Origin: Caecitellus pseudoparvulus
Taxonomy: Eukaryota; Protista; Bigyra: Bicosoecida
Length of the DNA stretch: 64,000 nucleotides
Reading direction: 5' to 3'
Assembly (NCBI GenBank): GCA_965644315.1
Contig: CBFFRQ010000034.1
Location: 1 to 64,000 of the forward strand
The notes under the pieces are model-generated. The model ran no database searches and was not told the DNA's origin. It saw only the letters and a program-made list of their open reading frames with translations. Shown here one piece after another: positions 58,831-64,000 of this stretch (position 1 is its first letter; every line of letters starts with the position of its first letter). Made by a program: the position numbers and the translations under genes.

Positions 58831-61396
58831 CTAGCCTTGGACGAGGGGTGCTTCGGGCGCCGCCTCCGTAGTACGCGCCGGGGCGGTGGTGCCAAAGGTG
58901 CCGTCGGCACGCTCCCACTTGGCACGGGCACAGGTGCGTTTGCGCCCTGCCTTGCGCAGCTCTGCAGCTGCGTAGTCTTCCCCTGATGCGCCGTAGATGT
59001 TGGCGCGCGTGGGGTCCACGCGGTAGATCCAGCGCTGGTACAGGTAGATGAGGAAGACGATGTCATCTCGGAACACGGACAGGCGGTGCATGGTGGGCAT
59101 TTCAATGACGAACGCGAACAGGTCGTCCACGATGGTGTTGAAGAAGCGGTACGTGAGGGCCTTCCACGGCAGGTGTGCGACGGACTTGAGGCGGTAATTG
59201 ATGAACAGCTGCGGCGTCAGCAGGATGAAGCCGAATGTGTACACCATGCCGGTGAGGGAGGTGATGACCCAGCTGAACCAGGACTTGTGTGTGTCGTACA
59301 GGAGGGAGTAGGCGGCGTACCCGAACACCACTGGGAACATGATGATGCCCAGGTGACTCATCGCCATGTCGTCGTACTCCTTGGTCTTGCTGCGCACGTA
59401 TGCGTCGTCCTTCGTCTCCCACTCGAACGTGGGCAGCACACCCTGGCCTGGTTGGGGCCACGTTATGCCCACTGCCATGGCTTTGGACAGCTTCCACACT
59501 TCAATGGCCAGACCCACGGCGGAGGAGCCCAGGATCATCCAGCTGGTGTCGTTGTCCCACAGGTACAGCAGGATGATGACTTGGAAGAACACATTCATGC
59601 CGACGGTACGCAGGGAGAGCCCTTCCAGGCTCTTGGTGTTCCGCCAGAAAGAAATGTCGTTGGAAAAGGCCAGGAACTCGAACAGCATGTGCAGCAGCGA
59701 CACCAGCATCGTCACGCCCAGCAGCACGGGGTTGCTGTCCAGGAACAGCTTCTTGATCATGTCTGACTCGCCTTCCGAGTGCGTGCCCCAGTCGGCCTGG
59801 GCACTCCACGTCGCGTCCATTTGGTTCTGCAGACTGAACTTCCACAGCGAGGAGGGTGTGAAGGTCAGGTGCAGTGGCACCTCCACCACTGACGCGTTCA
59901 GCTCCACCAGATCAGCCGTGAGCGTCCAGAAATCAGACACGTGCAGCAGGGGCAGATAGGCGGGTGGGCGCCCGTGGGGGTCCACTTGCAGCACATCAGC
60001 GACGTACGGCGCAAAGGCGCCTGTCTTCTGCTTCGAAAAATCAACCAGCGTCGTCACAGCACCGGCTGGTCGCCAGTACGGCAGAATGGGCCGTTCCTCA
60101 TCCTCCTCCTCATCCGTGTCGCTACGGGCGCCCCCGGGTGAGCTACCAGCGGGCGTGTCGTCCAGCCCGTCAAATTCCGCATCGATGGCGTCCAGGTCAT
60201 CGTCAGAGTCAGTCGGCGGGGCTGGGTCGGCGGAGGGCGTGTCACTGCTCCCCCAGCCGAACGGGTCAGCCAGCAGGTCCCGAGCATCGGGGTGGGGGGT
60301 GGCATCCGGTGCGGCGGGGTCCCCACTGCCACCCTCCTCCTGTGACCCCAGCAGGGACACAAGTTGCACTTCCTTGCGTTTGGGCATGTACTTGACCAAC
60401 GGGTGTACAACGTGCACTGCCCCTCGGCGGGAATAGGACGCTGCCGTGGGAGCGGGGTTCACGCCCTCCTCTGCCAGCCACACGTGCAGGAAGGCTGATG
60501 CGTTTCCGACGGTGAGCGCACTGGGCAGCGTCAGGTTCACGTGTCGCGAGCGGAAGTTGTGCAACTCGAAGTCGTGCGTGAGCCCGCCCTGGTGCCACAC
60601 TGGCACACAGCCACCGGCCGAGAAATCCACCTTCACAGCAGTCTCAAGTGACCCGCCTGGGGCGGCGGCATCTCCCACGTTGGATGGTGCGGCGGCGGCA
60701 TCCTCTGCTTCTGCGCTGCCCGCCAAGCCAGCGACACTCCACAGCCAGCGCGCGGCAGACGCGACGCCCGTGGCGGCCTTGATGAGGAAGCTGCCACTGC
60801 CCTGGAATTCAAACGTTGTCACTTCCGTCGTCTGCATGTCGGGCGGCGGCGGCCGCCGCTCGGCAGCTTCCTGCAGCTGCCCTGTCAGCCTGTCGGGGTC
60901 GGCATGGTCACACACAAAGGCGTGCAGGGTGAACGGCTGCGACCTGTCCCAGGCACTGCCCAGCACCGTGCCCATGGGCAGCTGCGCAGGGGGCGTGTGC
61001 GCAGAGGGGTGGGGGTGTGCAAAGCCGCTGCCGGGGCGCACCTGCGGAAATTGCTCCACCCAAGCCAGCTCCTGCACGGAACGCACGCACCTGGTTGATC
61101 TCCAGCCGGCGCATGGCGTGGAAGTCCTCCAGCTCTTCCGGGTACTCCAGTCCCATCTTGATGCCCATGAGCGTCATGGGGCTGCCAGGCCCAGCCACCG
61201 GCACTGGTGTGGGTGTCGGGGTGAAAGCCGCCGCTGGCTCGGGCTGCGCTGGCTTCTGGCTGCTCCCGAAGAAGCGCGTGTAGAGGAAATACATCATGCC
61301 CACGTTGATGAGCAGCCCCATGATGCCAGGGCCCTGTGCTTCCTCCCGCTGTGGCGCACCACCACCACCGGTGGCGGCGGCGGCCTGGTCAGGCAT
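58831..61396 (-). CDS. CLPTM1-family membrane protein (lipid scramblase-like)
   Basis: Exons 61396-61091 and 60981-58831; NASAFLHV, YLPLLHVSDFW, LHMLFEFLAFSNDISFW, KTKEYDDMA, PQLFINYRLKSVAHLPW, DDLFAFVIEMPTMHRLSVFRDD, YQRWIYRVD. Confidence 0.96.
61044..61052. promoter_or_regulatory. Recurrent motif in CLPTM1 intron 1
   Basis: CTGCGGAAATTGC within intron 61090-60982. Confidence 0.55.
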
Positions 61397-61823
61397 GGTG
61401 GGAGCGGAGGTTGGGCGCTGTGGCCTGCCGACCAGAGGTGTGTGTTGAACGGGTGGAGAAGGGCGATGGGGGCGTGCAAGCAGCACAGCCTGGGGTACGG
61501 TCAACTTGGTGGTTGATTGGGAGTTTGACGGGGCAGTTAAAGTGCACCTGGCCGAACATGCAGGCTTCTACGTAAAACGCAAATTTCAACCAGAACAGCA
61601 CGTCATGCTGATCTGAACCCACAACTCACGGCATCTTCAGCGACGTAGCACAAGCGACAGCGCAACGGCAGGTATGTGGTGTGCAGCGTTTCGTGCGGGA
61701 GTTGCACCAGGCTCGCACTTGACAGTCCATTTCGCTCACGTGGCTGCCGCAGCTCACAACGCAGTCTGGCGCAGTGCATTGTGATTCGAGGGAGAAGCCT
61801 CGGCTGCGCTCAATCTTCTGACC

Positions 61824-62549
61824 ATGGTGTGTAGCGTTGGTGGCGCGTTGCAAGAGTTGCCAGCGCTTGCCGCAAAGAGAGCTGGCCTGGCGCACAAGTC
61901 ACCTTGCTTCGCACCACAGGCAGCGGGCGCCGACGCTGACATGGATATAGACACGGAGACGGAGAAGAAGAGTCGTGTCGAAGTGCACCATCTTCAAGAT
62001 GAATCGATGTTGCTGTGCTTGAGGAAGGTGCACTGCGTGCCTGGGACCGAGATGCCGCAGGTTGAAGCTCTGAGAGGACTGGCAGCCATTGGGCGAGGCG
62101 AAGCGCCAAATGGACAAGCCGCACCGAAAACTGTGAATGTGGAAGAGCTGCAAGGTCTTCTGCGTGATGCGGGGAGTGCGCTGTTGGAGCAGGCTGGGCT
62201 GTTGGCGGGGCAGCATGAACGAGGTGGTGCGTGTGCTGCGCTGCAGTATCTGTCGTTCCGGTGTTTTACCGCGGTGGATGTGCTGCATCAGGCGGCGAGC
62301 GGTGTGAGTGAAGATGCAGTGCCGGAGGGTGATGCACTGTGGGACGATGTTCTGCAAGCGTGGAGCAATGTGCGGAGCGGTGCGAACGTCGACGGTGCGC
62401 TGGCGGATGTGTCGCGATGGTGGCGCCAGCGCCAGGTGGCGGATGTGGCTGAGCAGGGTTGCCCGGTTGCACATGCAGACACTACTGAGGCAGCATTGGA
62501 GGCAGCTTTGACTGACTTGCAGCAGCAGGCTGAGCAGGAGCAAGGCTGA
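61824..62549 (+). CDS. Hypothetical helical protein (start at 61824 or a downstream ATG)
   Basis: 241-codon ORF with protein-like composition lying between the CLPTM1 5' region and a convergent gene; no motif recognised. Confidence 0.5.
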   Translation: MVCSVGGALQELPALAAKRAGLAHKSPCFAPQAAGADADMDIDTETEKKSRVEVHHLQDESMLLCLRKVHCVPGTEMPQVEALRGLAAIGRGEAPNGQAAPKTVNVEELQGLLRDAGSALLEQAGLLAGQHERGGACAALQYLSFRCFTAVDVLHQAASGVSEDAVPEGDALWDDVLQAWSNVRSGANVDGALADVSRWWRQRQVADVAEQGCPVAHADTTEAALEAALTDLQQQAEQEQG

Positions 62550-62676
62550 CGCTGGGGAAAGTGGGAAGGGGGGGTTGCCGACAAAGAGTGCTGCAGAGCG
62601 GGCTTGGCGTGTACGCAATGCATTCGATGGCGCAAGCCGTTGAAACCTGGGGCCCAAGTATAAAGCGCAGCAAGTA

Positions 62677-64000
62677 CTACCTCGCACCACCTTGTTTCAC
62701 TGCAATACGCAGACGCACAATGGCGCTGCGCAGTCCGGTCAGGGGCAGTCCGCAGTCCTCCCACGCCAAGCGACGTGCTTGGCGTTTCTGCTCCTCCGTC
62801 ACAAACGCGACCACAGTGGGGTCTGCAGTCAGTGCCAGCCGCACAGACATGGCGCTGAGTCGTGCACCTGGTGTGGCTGAGTCGGGGTCAGCTGCGTGCT
62901 GCTGGTGCAGGGCTGTGGCCAGCGCTGACCCAAGTGGCTGGTGGGCCGCTGGGGGCAGGACGGCCAGGCTGGACAGACACAGGCCCGTTGACACCGCACT
63001 TCCAGCCAGTGCAGCTGCACACGCGTGCAGGTGTGCAGTGTGATCCGTGGAACGGGTCGCGTCGCTTGGCTGTGGTAGGCCAGGGGCACGGCAGGCGACG
63101 GCGAGGCACAGCGCCATGACGAGCTGCGCTGAGACGGAGGCGGCAGCCCCCATGATGGGCTGTGCCTTGAACAAAACCGTTTCTTCGCGTGTTCCGTGTT
63201 CCAGCTGTGTGGTGGCCCAGGCGGCGTTGAGGTAGGGGCAGTCTGCGACCATGTTGGGCAGGGGCGGGATGTTGACTCCTGCGGCGGCGGTGAGGGCCGA
63301 TGCGAGGTCGGGCGAGTCACCCCGCCGTGTGGCCGCGACGAGGGATGCATCGGGAGGCGGCAGCGCCCACCCCCCCCGGGCACAAATGGCGTCCAGGCAC
63401 TGCTCTGCGGCAGCCAGGGTGCGGGGGCAGCCGTTAACGGCGGCAGCACCGCGGAACGCCTTAGCTACGTCTGGCAACGTGTCCAGGGTGCAGGGGAGCA
63501 GGGCTGTCAAGGAGGGCAGTGCGTCCACTTGGCCTGCAGTGAGGCAGGGCCCAATGGTGGTGTCAATCATGCTCTCCAGCAGCTCGTCGGGGGACATGAT
63601 GGTGGTGGGAGTGGCTAGGACGGCGTTGTGCAGGAGGGTGACGGCGAGGGGGGTGTGACCCCCCCTCACGGCGGCCAGGGCCAGGATGAGGCTGGGCTCC
63701 ACATCCCCACCCTCAACTTGCACTGCCGCGGGGTCCAGCGTGCCCGCCACGGCGGCGTGGATATTGCGGAGTGCGACGGGGTGGTCAGTGCTGGCGGAGG
63801 TGCCGAGGTCGCACAGGGTGGTCGCAAAGTCAGGGGGCGGCGGTGCGTACCACAGCCAGTGCGTGTACACTCCCTGTGAATACATCATGCCTGTGCGCAT
63901 GTCCACGGCACTGGGGCGTGCGACCAGCACGGCTCGCAGACGGTCGGCGCCGTCCGGCAGCTGCGACATGCGTGCGAGCATGAGCTCGTTCAAGTACAGG
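62677..64000 (-). CDS. Hypothetical protein, 5' end outside window; possibly degenerate ankyrin-like helical repeats
   Basis: ORF of >438 codons reaching the window edge; LAAVRGGHTPLAVTLL and AAAVNGCPRTL weakly resemble ankyrin helices. Confidence 0.5.
   Translation of the reverse strand, partial: LYLNELMLARMSQLPDGADRLRAVLVARPSAVDMRTGMMYSQGVYTHWLWYAPPPPDFATTLCDLGTSASTDHPVALRNIHAAVAGTLDPAAVQVEGGDVEPSLILALAAVRGGHTPLAVTLLHNAVLATPTTIMSPDELLESMIDTTIGPCLTAGQVDALPSLTALLPCTLDTLPDVAKAFRGAAAVNGCPRTLAAAEQCLDAICARGGWALPPPDASLVAATRRGDSPDLASALTAAAGVNIPPLPNMVADCPYLNAAWATTQLEHGTREETVLFKAQPIMGAAASVSAQLVMALCLAVACRAPGLPQPSDATRSTDHTAHLHACAAALAGSAVSTGLCLSSLAVLPPAAHQPLGSALATALHQQHAADPDSATPGARLSAMSVRLALTADPTVVAFVTEEQKRQARRLAWEDCGLPLTGLRSAIVRLRIAVKQGGAR

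Noticed and set aside
378-61090. Introns as introner-type mobile elements
   Set aside because: Apart from the short motif, introns of different genes show no extended similarity, terminal inverted repeats or target-site duplications that I can see.

Overview
GC-rich, very gene-dense eukaryotic DNA with short GT-AG introns (donors mostly GTGCGT/GTGAG/GTACGT). Flagellar genes (CFAP58, outer-dynein-arm docking complex-like) point to a flagellated protist; a stramenopile-like heterotroph is my inference only. Left to right: a near-perfect 1241-bp tandem array whose unit is a whole 4-exon DUF3592-like membrane-protein gene, ending in a copy with a different 5' half; a hypothetical gene; an intronless LRR type-I membrane protein; a distant paralog of the array gene with the same intron phases; CFAP58; a USP36/42-like deubiquitinase; a ~5045-aa receptor-like protein (3 C-type lectin domains, 8 tandem FG-GAP beta-propeller modules, S/T/P stalk, Cys-rich region, multi-pass TM); a signal-peptide 2-Cys peroxiredoxin; RAD1; SLC35B1-like transporter; TMTC-like glycosyltransferase; ODA-DC-like coiled-coil; a ~2100-aa coiled-coil protein with ten 79-aa Sfi1-like repeats; DNAJC1-like; an unknown TM protein; twinfilin; MAPEG; CLPTM1; two hypothetical genes. 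Most notable: (1) a recurrent AATTTCCGC/GCGGAAATT element sitting in the first intron of many unrelated genes; (2) the probably chimeric, amplifying DUF3592-like gene array; (3) the eight-propeller lectin receptor. All gene models and family calls were made by eye, without database searches.
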